Source of the DNA: Octopus bimaculoides
Lineage: Eukaryota
Assembly (NCBI RefSeq): GCF_001194135.2
Contig: NC_068992.1
Location: forward strand, 3,885,923-3,949,922
Reading direction: 5' to 3'
Length of the DNA stretch: 64,000 nucleotides
The translations under genes and the position numbers were made by a program. The notes under the pieces were generated by a model, which saw nothing but the letters and a program-made list of their open reading frames with translations, was not told the origin of the DNA and searched no databases. Positions 11,575 to 23,951 of the stretch are shown in pieces; the stretch's first letter is position 1, and every line of letters starts with the position of its first letter.

Positions 11575-12212
11575 ACTACTACTACTAGCAGTAGTTTATG
11601 GTGAACACAAATTTTTCGCAGTGCTTCGCTTAGAAAGTGATTTCTTCTTGGGTTACACGTTGATAAACATAAATGTTATCCTTTTTCTTCATGTTTTTTT
11701 TTTTTTCATTTAATCAAGATTACTAACAAGGGAGATCTTGGATTACTTCTCCCATTTTGTTTTTCTGGACTGGAAAAGCATTTTCTTTTGCGTGTGTATA
11801 TTTCTACCAGAAGGCCACTTGTGAATTTTCTCACATCAATNNNNNNNNNNNNNNNNNNNNNNNNNNNNNNNNNNNNNNNNNNNNNNNNNNNNNNNNNNNN
11901 NNNNNNNNNNNNNNNNNNNNNNNNNNNNNNNNNNNNNNNNNNNNNNNNNNNNNNNNNNNNNNNNNNNNNNNNNNNNNNNNNNNNNNNNNNNNNNNNNNNN
12001 NNNNNNNNNNNNNNNNNNNNNNNNNNNNNNNNNNNNNNNNNNNNNNNNNNNNNNNNNNNNNNNNNNNNNNNNNNNNNNNNNNNNNNNNNNNNNNNNNNNN
12101 NNNNNNNNNNNNNNNNNNNNNNNNNNNNNNNNNNNNNNNNNNNNNNNNNNNNNNNNNNNNNNNNNNNNNNNNNNNNNNNNNNNNNNNNNNNNNNNNNNNN
12201 NNNNNNNNNNNN

Positions 12213-12245
<33 letters not shown>

Positions 12246-12494
12246 AAAAATGTCAGACAGCATGACGTTTGAACAAAAATCATTATTGCAAACATGATTA
12301 CAGTCCAAAAATACTTCAAACAGAGCTGAAAACATACGTTGTCTCAATCGAGAAATACAATAAAAACATTAATAACAGCACAAGCCACACAAAATCTCAG
12401 CTTTTGCTAATGTTGAAATTCATAGAGGTTCCTCGATATGAAACAGCACCATGGAAAAAAGAAAGTATGGAAAAAAAATGCCTACTTTCTGTAG

Positions 12495-12595
12495 CATTTC
12501 TTTCACCTTGGGCAAGTGCCTTCTACTATAGTCTCGGGCCGAGCAAACCTTGTCAGATTTTGGAGACGGAAACTGATAGAAACCCATCGAGCATT
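12495..12595 (+). mobile_element. SINE family B, internal fragment
   Basis: caccttgggcaagtgccttctactatagtctcgggccga...gacggaaactga. Confidence 0.8.
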
Positions 12596-12662
12596 GTTTG
12601 TTTTTGTCGACTACACAGTATAGTAGGGTCAGTTGGGCACCGTCTGTGGGAAAAACAGCATC

Positions 12663-13410
12663 ATGACGCAATTCTCTCTGCCAGAAATTTGGAAACGACA
12701 TGCTGTACTGCTTGACATTCTCACCGGAAGCTTCAGTATGAACATTTCAGAGTGGGTGTCAATTTGAGGACAGTAGAGAGGATTTGGAAAGAGTTGGATG
12801 CGTCTAATGGTGTTTACGAAGGTACGGCAGCGCGGAAAATTCACTCTGATCGTTCTGTTCAGAAAAGAACTCCTGAATTTGTTGGTGAGATCCAGACCAC
12901 TATGATTGACAACGATTCCTCTAAGTCAATCAAGTTCATCGCCAGGGACATGATAGAGTCTGAGTTTCTTATCGGGCAGGTAGTGCATGAAGACATTCGG
13001 TATTCCTCATACAAGATGGGAAAGGGTCAGTTTTTATCCCAAGTTATCAGGGACAAGAGGAAAGACCGCGCAACGAAGCCTTTGAACAAACTCAAGCATC
13101 CTCTCCAACCGAACATGCTTTGGTTTTTTTCAGACGAGAAAAGTTTCTTCCAGGATCAGATGGTGAACACACAGAACTACCGTTGGCCTTCTGTGTCCCC
13201 AAAACATGTACCAAAAGTGATAAAAATCAAACATCCAGTCAACATCCTGGTGTTTCGAGTGATCACTAGTGATGGTGCTTTCATTTATCTTCCCACACGG
13301 TCTCCGACTCAACATGGAGACCTACATCTGGAGGCGGTAGTGCTGCTCTGGATCAAAACGGTGGCTACTGGCAACAGGACTTTGCACCATGCCACACAAG
13401 CAGGAGAACT
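12663..13410 (+). mobile_element. Tc1/mariner transposase pseudogene, maT/DD37D-like
   Basis: HTH region, WFFSDEKSFFQDQMVNTQNYRW, KHPVNILVFRVITSDG, then frameshifted WQQDFAPCHTSRRT; third catalytic residue missing (3' truncated). Confidence 0.85.
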
Positions 13411-13417
13411 AAGGTAA

Positions 13418-13738
13418 CACCTTATTTTTCGAGCACCTTCCGGAGTATTCGAGCGGTTCCAAGCAGTGCTGTTTTCTGCAAGTGCTACACCCTTATTGCA
13501 GCCCCNNNNNNNNNNCAGTGCTGTTTTCTGCAAGTGCTACACCCTTATTGCAGCCCCTATTTATTCCACGTACTTCTCAAGATTTTTGCTCACTGTTCCC
13601 AGGGCTCCAACAATTTTTGGTACTACTGCTACCTTTTTCGTCGACCACAATTGGTTTGCTTAACTTCTCAAGCTAACCTGTCATATCTCTCGACATTTCT
13701 TTCTTCCTTATCGCATACCATGTTGTCAGGTGGGCATG
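13418..13738 (-). mobile_element. R4/Dong-like LINE 3' ORF fragment
   Basis: Minus strand ACPPDN..KEERNVERYDRL..VVPKIVGALGTVSKNLEKY..LQKTALLGTARILRKVLEK*. Confidence 0.9.
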
Positions 13739-13739
13739 C

Positions 13740-13817
<78 letters not shown>

Positions 13818-13821
<4 letters not shown>

Positions 13822-14637
13822 TAGTTGTATTTTTATCACGTGCTTTCATTGCACTACTACGCGTCATCTGTGAGCAGTATGTGCTGTAGTTTGCTGTGAT
13901 GCTCTCATTTTCCCTGTATTCAAACAGTTTTACGTAGGCTGTGTGCGGTGCCTAGTAGTGCTATTTTCTGTATGTTATATGTATTTGTAAGTCCCGGATT
14001 TTTGTTATGTATTTGTCTGAATGTCTTTTTTATCATACACAATGCGCCTACTATAATAGGAATTGCTTCTGTTTTTAGGCGCTACGTTCGAATTACCTCG
14101 GTTTCTAAATCTTTTTTTATTTTGAAATTTTTTCCATTTCATTTAGAGAAAAGTTGTCATCTGTTAATATTGATACATCAATTAAAAAGCATTTTTGCTT
14201 CTTGGTGATCTTTGACAGCTATATCTGGTCTATTGGCCTTAATTTCTCTATCTGTGTGTATTGGCATATTCCAGAGTATGGTTGTGCTTTCTCGTTCTCT
14301 GTGACCTTTTCTGGCGTGTGTTTATACCATCTTTTTTCTGTTGTTATTCCATAGTGTTGGCATAGCTTCCAGTGTATACATAGGTCCCGACTCTGTCGTG
14401 TCCGTGAATATATTCCTTCTTAGCCAGGACTGGGCAGCGAGAGACAATATGATTTATTGTTTCTTCTTCATCACCATATATTCTGAAGTTACTTGTATTT
14501 CTGTTCATTATATGATTTTGGTAATTTCTAGTGGGAAACCTTTGGTCTTGCGCTGCAATTAAAAATCCTTCAGGCTCTGCTTTGAGTCCTGAGCCTCCTC
14601 CCAGTCATTGTGTTGCGATTTTGCTTCGTTTCTTTCT
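13818..14637 (-). mobile_element. R4/Dong-like LINE, 5'-truncated, different subfamily
   Basis: Minus strand GLKAEPEGFLIAAQDQ, ETINHIVSRCPVLAKKEY, NRPDI, IPIIVGAL, QKIALLGTAH; (TAA)n tracts on both sides. Confidence 0.9.
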
Positions 14638-14659
14638 TTATTATTATTATTATTATTTC

Positions 14660-14734
<75 letters not shown>

Positions 14735-14787
14735 ATCGTTATTATTACTATTATTGTTGTTGTTGTTGTTATTATTGTTTCTTTATT

Positions 14788-14874
<87 letters not shown>

Positions 14875-15689
14875 GTTGTTGTTGCTATTGTTATTATTAT
14901 TAATATAATTATTATTGTTGTTTTTGTTGTTGCTGTTGATGTCATCATCATCATCATCCTCATCAGCATCATTATTATTAATTATATTAATGGAAATTTA
15001 GGTCATGCGTGAGTTGCGCTACCGTAGCTACAGTGGTAGGCATTAGGAAACATCTGTCACCATATTTAACTTTTTGTAATGAAAAAAAGTACAAGAGTGT
15101 TTCCTAATCGAAGTTAGCCTTGTCTGTATAGTTTAGGCATGGTAGGAGAAAATTGAACTCTCCTTGCTGTTGTATTGTATTGTTCTCAATAACAGTTATC
15201 ATTATTATAGTTTGGTCACAGTTCAGTCCTAACAAACAAGGGCTATCATCAAATGCGTTTCATGTGATTATCCCATCCGTTATTCATAGTATCTGGGATT
15301 ATATTATCCAACATGTTGGAGTGGGGGATTTCAGAGGGATTTGGCTGATATTTTTCATGTTGTTGTACTCCATCGTGCACAATAATAGCTGTTGTTATTG
15401 TATAGTTATAGTTCAGCCCAAACAGAACAGGTCTATGATTAAACGCCTTCCATCTGTAATTATTACCATTTTATATTTAGACTTAATATGTATCTGGGAT
15501 GATGTTATCCAGCTTGTAGGGTTTAGGGGATTTCAGAAAGACCGAGTTCGTATCTTTAGTAGATCGTAGATTCATCTAGAGCAATAATTTCTAGCATAAG
15601 GTTCGTGGACTCATGAGGATGAACGAATATTTAGGGAATCTGTGAACTGCAGTGTAAAATTAATAATTACTCGGTCATATGCAACGTTA

Positions 15690-15832
15690 TGTTCAAATTT
15701 TGCCGAGGTCGACTTTGCCTTTCATCTTTCCGGGGTCGATAAAGTAAGTACCAGTAGATCACTGGGATCGATGTAATCAATTTACCCCCTCCCCCCAAAT
15801 TGCTGGCGTTGTGTCAAAATTTGAAACTAATT
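15690..15832 (+). mobile_element. SINE family A, 3' part
   Basis: gttcaaattttgccgaggtcgactttgcctttcatc...ttgtgtcaaaatttgaaac. Confidence 0.85.
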
Positions 15833-16274
15833 CAAGTATGCAACTGAAAAATTGAGACCATTCAGTTAATAATTTTAAGATACATTTCGTGGATGCTCTG
15901 TGATGCATCATCAGGAATGCGTCTNNNNNNNNNNNNNNNNNNNNNNNNNNNNNNNNNNNNNNNNNNNNNNNNNNNNNNNNNNNNNNNNNNNNNNNNNNNN
16001 NNNNNNNNNNNNNNNNNNNNNNNNNNNNNNNNNNNNNNNNNNNNNNNNNNNNNNNNNNNNNNNNNNNNNNNNNNNNNNNNNNNNNNNNNNNNNNNNNNNN
16101 NNNNNNNNNNNNNNNNNNNNNNNNNNNNNNNNNNNNNNNNNNNNNNNNNNNNNNNNNNNNNNNNNNNNNNNNNNNNNNNNNNNNNNNNNNNNNNNNNNNN
16201 NNNNNNNNNNNNNNNNNNNNNNNNNNNNNNNNNNNNNNNNNNNNNNNNNNNNNNNNNNNNNATTAGTCTACCCT

Positions 16275-16436
16275 TTTTTTTTTTATCTAAAGTCACCTGG
16301 TGGCCTTCTCTGCAGCTTCTGTTATCGAATTTATAGCTCTCCTCTTTACTGCGCCAGTGACATCCAGCCGAGACAAAGCTTTGCAGAAGAAGCGCCTTAA
16401 AAAACCTCGATGGTCCACTTCTATTGTCTTGCAATA
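16275..16436 (-). mobile_element. Hero-like RLE non-LTR retrotransposon C-terminal fragment
   Basis: Minus strand TIEVDHRGF..LDVTGAVKRRAINSITEAAEKATR*L*IKK resembles the Hero-clade IEVGCRGF..EAAEKASRWLWIKR end. Confidence 0.7.
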
Positions 16437-16509
16437 GGCAGTATTTTAAAAACCCTGGAGTTTGTGAGAATATTCATTTAAACCAGGGGTTCTCAACCAT
16501 TTTTTGTAG

Positions 16510-16710
16510 AAATGAGTTGCGACGTCACTGGTGCCAAGCTGTATCGGCCTCTGTGCCTTTCCCTTGGATAACAACGGTGATATGGAGAGAGGAGGCCGGT
16601 ATGCATGAGTAACTGCCTGCCTTTCATAACCAACCTTACCCGGATACGTGCCTCGGAGGGTAACATTCTTGGAGCAATCCGACAGTCATTCATGACCGAA
16701 GGGGTCTTTT
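16510..16710 (+). mobile_element. Probable SINE 3' part (family D)
   Basis: GC-rich island gacgtcactggtgccaagctgtatcggcc...cattcatgaccgaaggggtc; single copy here, assignment from recall only. Confidence 0.45.
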
Positions 16711-17310
16711 AGCTAGCGCAACAGGTTATATAACACATCTATAAGCAATGGTTAACCGAACCGTTTCAAGGACTATTTACCTAGCTATAATATGCATTAC
16801 TGAACATTGCTGTGCACGTCAAAAAACTCTCAGTTTAACTTCGTTTTATTGATTATTCGTTAATTTCAAAGTTAATTTCACAGTTGTAGCACTTCTATTG
16901 AAATGGAATGCAAATATTTCTATAGCAGTATTGAAGTATACAGGGGTTCTATTATCTTTGCGATATGCACTCCAAGATATGACATATAAATTCAATCGCT
17001 ATACATTTCAGTAATATCAAATACCCATAAAGAGAGAGGCCATGCTAATGCATACATACATACATACATACATACATACTTACACACACACGTACGCACT
17101 TATATATACCTTAATGAATACAAACTCATTTATTAATAATTATATTAATGAATGGTAACGGAAAAATAAGTAAAAATTGCACTATTCAATTGAATGTAAA
17201 TAATGATATGTAGTATAAAGCGCCGAAGAGATCAAAATGAAAAGCTTAGAAGGAAAAAAAATAGAACCATTTAAAAAGAAACACAACCACAAGTACACGC
17301 ACATATATAC

Positions 17311-17347
<37 letters not shown>

Positions 17348-17778
17348 NNNNNNNNNNNNNNNNNNNNNNNNNNNNNNNNNNNNNNNNNNNNNNNNNNNNN
17401 NNNNNNNNNNNNNNNNNNNNNNNNNNNNNNNNNNNNNNNNNNNNNNNNNNNNNNNNNNNNNNNNNNNNNNNNNNNNNNNNNNNNNNNNNNNNNNNNNNNN
17501 NNNNNNNNNNNNNNNNNNNNNNNNNNNNNNNNNNNNNNNNNNNNNNNNNNNNNNNNNNNNNNNNNNNNNNNNNNNNNNNNNNNNNNNNNNNNNNNNNNNN
17601 NNNNNNNNNNNNNNNNNNNNNNNNNNNNNNNNNNNNNNNNNNNNNNNNNNNNNNNNNNNNNNNNNNNNNNNNNNNNNNNNNNNNNNNNNNNNNNNNNNNN
17701 NNNNNNNNNNNNNNNNNNNNNNNNNNNNNNNNNNNNNNNNNNNNNNNNNNNNNNNNNNNNNNNNNNNNNNNNNNNNNN

Positions 17779-17811
<33 letters not shown>

Positions 17812-17904
17812 GTGTATGTTTGTGTTTGTGTTTGTCCCCCACCATCGCTTGTTGTGTGTTGTTGTATGTTGGTGTGTTTACGTCCCCTGCCACTTGTCAG
17901 CAGT

Positions 17905-18429
17905 TTGTTGCTGTATTGGTACTATGCATATGAAGTGATGCATCATTATGAATACTACTCTCCAAGTGATTCTGATACCGCAGTGCCTTCGGATCCTGTA
18001 CATACAGTCTTCGGCGCATTTGTGAATTGGCAGCCCAGAGCTTGACATTTTTCAGCATTAAACTGCGTGTTGTTTTCCTAAAACCGCTTGTATATTGCAT
18101 TTAGGTCTCAATGCAAGCTTGCGACATCGTCTGAGTTGTTTATTGCCTGTGATAATTTTGTGCCACCGGCGTAGCTAGTGACAGTGGCTGCCTGAGTGAC
18201 ATTGGGCATGTCTAAGGGAGCAACTATAAACAATAAAGGCTGCTAAACAGTTACCCAGTTGACGCCACTCAGAATTTGTGATTCCTCAGAAATGGCTTCC
18301 ACGGCTGCAAATGTATGTATTTTATCTTTTAGGAAGTGTTGTAGCCTCTCTCCCACTTTAACAACTGTGCCAAAGTTTCATAACTTCTGACGTACCAAAG
18401 ACCTCTTTATCAAAAACCTTTACAAAGTC
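17905..18429 (-). mobile_element. CR1-type LINE reverse transcriptase remnant
   Basis: Minus strand DFVKVFDK...ATVTSYAGGTKL (decayed YADD)...DLNAIYK..ENN.QFNAEKCQAL, with stops and frameshifts. Confidence 0.8.
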
Positions 18430-18480
18430 AAGGTAAATCATATTTACATCTGAATAGTCAAGCAGGTACATTAAAACCTA

Positions 18481-18694
18481 TTAGTTTGGTGCAGAATTAT
18501 TGTGGCATTTTTTCAATAAATTTTATTCAACAAGAGCAACAACAACATTTAACAAAAACATCATCAAATGATTATTCCGGAGCATATTCACAATCTACTT
18601 CAATTGGCCTTTTGTTTAAATTGGCGATGTGTTTAAATTTTTTGTTGAATAAAATTTATTGAAAAAAAGCCGCAATAATTATGCAACAACCTAA
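18481..18694. mobile_element. Mariner-type MITE (214 bp)
   Basis: ~53-bp imperfect TIRs ttagtttggtgcagaattattg.. / ..caataattatgcaacaacctaa flanked by TA at 18479-80 and 18695-96. Confidence 0.9.
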
Positions 18695-19487
18695 TAGTAA
18701 TAATGCCGGAAGAGCTGTGCGAAGCAGCTTGTATATGCATTTGTATATATAAATATAATTATAAATATATATGTATGAGGGTATAAATATATGTATATAG
18801 ATGTTTTGATGTTTTATATCTATCATCTACCTACCTACCTACCTACGAAAGCCCGACTCCTTCAGGCTTCCAAAGCACGGAACTGAATCAGACAGACTGT
18901 TTTAAATACTATAGACAAATAGATATAGTACATATATGTATGTGTAGGTATACAGAAACACCTAAATATACACATATAACTGTATATACATAACATACAT
19001 ATATATAAACAAGTAAACCGGATGAATATTTTAATTATCTGTTAGGAATAAAAAGTTCGCCTTCTCACTCCAGTTAACTTACCTCCACAACTTTACAAAC
19101 CTTACAACAAGATAATGAAAACCAATTAACATTTTGGATGTTTAATTGCAATTGACGCTAATTCAACAGACACTGTTTCATATTGTGAATGGATTAATGA
19201 ATGAGTCAACGAACAAAAACTAACTAACAAACAACTAATCAATCATTCATTTATTCATTCATTCATTTATTCTTCATTCATACAAAAATATTTGCTCATT
19301 CGTACCCTAAACATTTAGCCCCTTTTTGGAAGCTGTCTCCCAATCCTTTGATCCAATTTGTTAAGCAATCAGAAACATCTCCGCTATCTTTCAAATCCCT
19401 CACAAGTAGTACGGACAAATATACACACGACTTCTACCTCTCTCAATTTCTCACTACACATATACATAATGTATGTACATATGTATT

Positions 19488-19580
<93 letters not shown>

Positions 19581-20207
19581 TTAAATAAGAGCTAAAAGAT
19601 GATCCATTGTAAAAACTTTATTTATGACCTATGATGATTTCGATGCAATATCTAGATCAATTCATGCATATTATAAAATATGGAATATTGTATCTCTTCA
19701 GGGTCAGATTAATTCATAGCAGACAGTAAAAACAGACAACATTCATAATTGTCCTAGAATTACATGTAAATAAACAAGTTGAAAAGACATGATACGTAAT
19801 GAAACAGTATAACATATCGGTATTGAAACCGTTAGAACACAGAATAAATGAGAATTGATGCTAATTTATGATGTTATCCTATGAAGTTAGATAACGAACC
19901 AGTACGAGGCGCTGTACATTTCAAAAAAATCCGTTGGATTTATGAAAGTAAATAAAAAACTCAGACCGAACAAAAAACCTTTTGATATTAAAGATATTAA
20001 ATATATATATTTTTTACACAAGTTAATGGTCAAATAGAAGTAAATCTAATAAATAATGCTAATGTATAATATCACATAATCACCTCAAGTATACATAATC
20101 TAAACAAGACATTATATTAAGTTAAGATTTAGAAGTAAAGAGACCTTATATGGATATGTAAGCCCGGTAAATTATAGAAAATAAATTGTAAGAAATAAGA
20201 AATAATA

Positions 20208-20258
<51 letters not shown>

Positions 20259-21029
20259 GATAAAGAATTTTTTTTAGTTTACATTCAAATTGCTGCTATC
20301 AAAAATATAAAAATTGAATAAAGATCAAAATAAATGAACTGCATTAGGATACATCCTATATATATATATATATATATATATGTAACATGTTCTCTTTCAC
20401 TTTCTCTGTCTTGGTCTGTCGATTTGTCAATCTACCAGTATTTTGCATCGTAAAATCTTAATTTTGGTTTGCTAACCGCAGTTGTCTATAAATGTGTATT
20501 TGTAAATATAGAGTTGGCAACAATTTTCTTCTACAAATTTCACATTCCTGAAAATACGTANNNNNNNNNNNNNNNNTATATATTCACGTATATTCAAATT
20601 TCTGAAATTTGTTGTCTGTGATGATTCATAAATCTTAGCTTCCCGATAATTTCAAAAGAATTCCATTCAAGGCAGGTTAAATAGTCAACATGCTATTTCA
20701 GAACACTCTTAGTAGCAATAAAATTGTTGGAACTCATTCATGTAGAAATCTACGTCTGTTTAGAAAAGACTCACTCATTACTACATTACAACCATTAACA
20801 CGTTGCATTCCCTTCCGTCTCTTCTACTGCAATCATTCATGGTTTTATGCCCCATTAAACTATTAAGCTATTTTCTATTAAATGCCATTCACCAATCCTC
20901 TGTAATTCTTTTTAATTCTCATTCTCTCACTGACCAGTTGTGCTTATACCGACTTAAGGCATGGACACACCTGGCAGTTACCCGGGAGCCTCATGGAACT
21001 AGGGATCAAATTTCGATCTATGTACTTTA

Positions 21030-21240
21030 TTCTTTTTATCTTTCATTTTTTTTTACTTGTTCCAGTCATTTCACTGCAGCCATGCTGGAGCACCGCCTTT
21101 AGTAGAAGAAATTGATCCCAGGACTTATTCTATCAGTCACTTATGCTGAACTGCTAAGTTATGGGGACGTAAACATACCAACATCGGTTGTCAAGCGATA
21201 GTGCGGGGGGGGGGGGAAACACAGACAAACATATACATGC
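21030..21240 (-). mobile_element. SINE family B, 3' half
   Basis: ccagtcatttcactgcagccatgctggagcaccgcc...ggggacgtaaacataccaacatcggttgtcaagc. Confidence 0.9.
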
Positions 21241-21312
21241 ACATGCATATATATATATGTGTGTGTGTATGTGCATGTATATATATATATGTGTGTGNNN
21301 NNNNNNNNNNNN

Positions 21313-21364
<52 letters not shown>

Positions 21365-21404
21365 AACAATATATGAGTATATGCATATATATGTACATGT
21401 ATGT

Positions 21405-22227
21405 ATATACGTTCATCTACATGTACCTATAGATACATGTACATAACTGGGTACATGACGTGGCAAAAGAACAAGGACAAAATGGTAAACAAGGTGCAAC
21501 AAACAGGCAGGCCACATAGAAACATCCCCTTCATCAGCTGCCACCATTAAAACTCCGGCGTTTCGAAGAAATTAAGGCAGTACGCATCGTTAAAATGGTT
21601 CTTCCCACGACAACAGATTAAATTGTTTTCGTGGAGGGTAGTGGCGGACGGAAAACAAGACNNNNNNNNNNNNNNNNNNNNNNNNNNNNNNNNNNNNNNN
21701 NNNNNNNNNNNNNNNNNNNNNNNNNNNNNNNNNNNNNNNNNNNNNNNNNNNNNNNNNNNNNNNNNNNNNNNNNNNNNNNNNNNNNNNNNNNNNNNNNNNN
21801 NNNNNNNNNNNNNNNNNNNNNNNNNNNNNNNNNNNNNNNNNNNNNNNNNNNNNNNNNNNNNNNNNNNNNNNNNNNNNNNNNNNNNNNNNNNNNNNNNNNN
21901 NNNNNNNNNNNNNNNNNNNNNNNNNNNNNNNNNNNNNNNNNNNNNNNNNNNNNNNNNNNNNNNNNNNNNNNNNNNNNNNNNNNNNNNNNNNNNNNNNNNN
22001 NNNNNNNNNNNNNNNNNNNNNNNNNNNNNNNNNNNNNNNNNNNNNNNNNNNNNNNNNNNNNNNNNNNNNNNNNNNNNNNNNNNNNNNNNNNNNNNNNNNN
22101 NNNNNNNNNNNNNNNNNCATGTACATAACTGGGTACATGACGTGGCAAAAGAACAAGGACAAAATGGTAAACAAGGTGCAACAAACAAGCAGGCCACATA
22201 GAAACATCCCCTTCATCAGCTGCCATC
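21405..22227 (-). repeat. Uncharacterised repeat; ~110 bp duplicated across an N gap; carries permuted hammerhead-like core words
   Basis: catgtacataactggg...ttcatcagctgcca at 21425-21543 and 22119-22227. Confidence 0.6.
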
Positions 22228-22269
22228 GGGATCGCCTTGAGTTGTTTTATTTGAATGAATCAAGCCAGG

Positions 22270-22421
22270 TACTTACTTTTGTAAACCTGGTATTAATTCT
22301 ATCCATCCTTTTTGTGGAACCGCGAATTTGCGGCGGGAGGGAGACGTAAACAAACCAAGACCGATTGTCAAGGTGCTGGTGGTGGAAAAGCACAAGGACA
22401 CACGCGCATACATACATACAA

Positions 22422-22450
<29 letters not shown>
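22270..22450 (-). mobile_element. SINE family B, middle part
   Basis: gagacgtaaacaaaccaagaccgattgtcaagg followed by (AT)n. Confidence 0.7.
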
Positions 22451-22453
<3 letters not shown>

Positions 22454-23662
22454 NNNNNNNNNNNNNNNNNNNNNNNNNNNNNNNNNNNNNNNNNNNNNNN
22501 NNNNNNNNNNNNNNNNNNNNNNNNNNNNNNNNNNNNNNNNNNNNNNNNNNNNNNNNNNNNNNNNNNNNNNNNNNNNNNNNNNNNNNNNNNNNNNNNNNNN
22601 NNNNNNNNNNNNNNNNNNNNNNNNNNNNNNNNNNNNNNNNNNNNNNNNNNNNNNNNNNNNNNNNNNNNNNNNNNNNNNNNNNNNNNNNNNNNNNNNNNNN
22701 NNNNNNNNNNNNNNNNNNNNNNNNNNNNNNNNNNNNNNNNNNNNNNNNNNNNNNNNNNNNNNNNNNNNNNNNNNNNNNNNNNNNNNNNNNNNNNNNNNNN
22801 NNNNNNNNNNNNNNNNNNNNNNNNNNNNNNNNNNNNNNNNNNNNNNNNNNNNNNNNNNNNNNNNNNNNNNNNNNNNNNNNNNNNNNNNNNNNNNNNNNNN
22901 NNNNNNNNNNNNNNNNNNNNNNNNNNNNNNNNNNNNNNNNNNNNNNNNNNNNNNNNNNNNNNNNNNNNNNNNNNNNNNNNNNNNNNNNNNNNNNNNNNNN
23001 NNNNNNNNNNNNNNNNNNNNNNNNNNNNNNNNNNNNNNNNNNNNNNNNNNNNNNNNNNNNNNNNNNNNNNNNNNNNNNNNNNNNNNNNNNNNNNNNNNNN
23101 NNNNNNNNNNNNNNNNNNNNNNNNNNNNNNNNNNNNNNNNNNNNNNNNNNNNNNNNNNNNNNNNNNNNNNNNNNNNNNNNNNNNNNNNNNNNNNNNNNNN
23201 NNNNNNNNNNNNNNNNNNNNNNNNNNNNNNNNNNNNNNNNNNNNNNNNNNNNNNNNNNNNNNNNNNNNNNNNNNNNNNNNNNNNNNNNNNNNNNNNNNNN
23301 NNNNNNNNNNNNNNNNNNNNNNNNNNNNNNNACGGAAGACGCTAAGAGACATAATACCAGATTCTGGTGGCGACGGTGTCGTTATAATTATAGGTCTTAC
23401 TAGGTTAAGAGACGAATACACGCATGTGCTGTACTATGCCGTATGCGTGCGTGTATGTGTGTGTGTTTGTGTGTGTGTGCATGTGCATATGTGTGTGTGG
23501 GAGTCTGTGCATGTGTGTGTGTGAGTGTGAGTCTGTGCATGTGGGTATGTATATATATATATATATATAAATAATTAAAGACGTACATATTTACATACAT
23601 ATCTATCTACCTGCCTACCTACCTACCTACCTACCTACCTACCTACCTACCTACTTACTTAC

Positions 23663-23694
<32 letters not shown>

Positions 23695-23904
23695 ACACTC
23701 ATACAAACACGTATACATGTATGCATACATATATACATACATACATACATACATATATACATACATACATACGTATGAACGATTACGTACAAACATTTAC
23801 ACACGCGTACCTACACACCTACACCTGTGCATTTACATAAGTACGTACGTGGGTTCTTGCATCCACGTACGTATATTTGGTATTTTTTTATACGATCCTC
23901 ACAT

Positions 23905-23951
<47 letters not shown>

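Noticed and set aside
13464-13557. 42-bp direct repeat flanking a 10-N gap
   Set aside because: Identical sequence on both sides of a small gap is a contig-overlap artefact
15862-15924. Minus-strand CTGATGA-TGC..GCATCCAC-GAAATGTA hammerhead-like words
   Set aside because: Stem II misregistered, stem I does not pair and context is lost in a gap; at best a decayed copy
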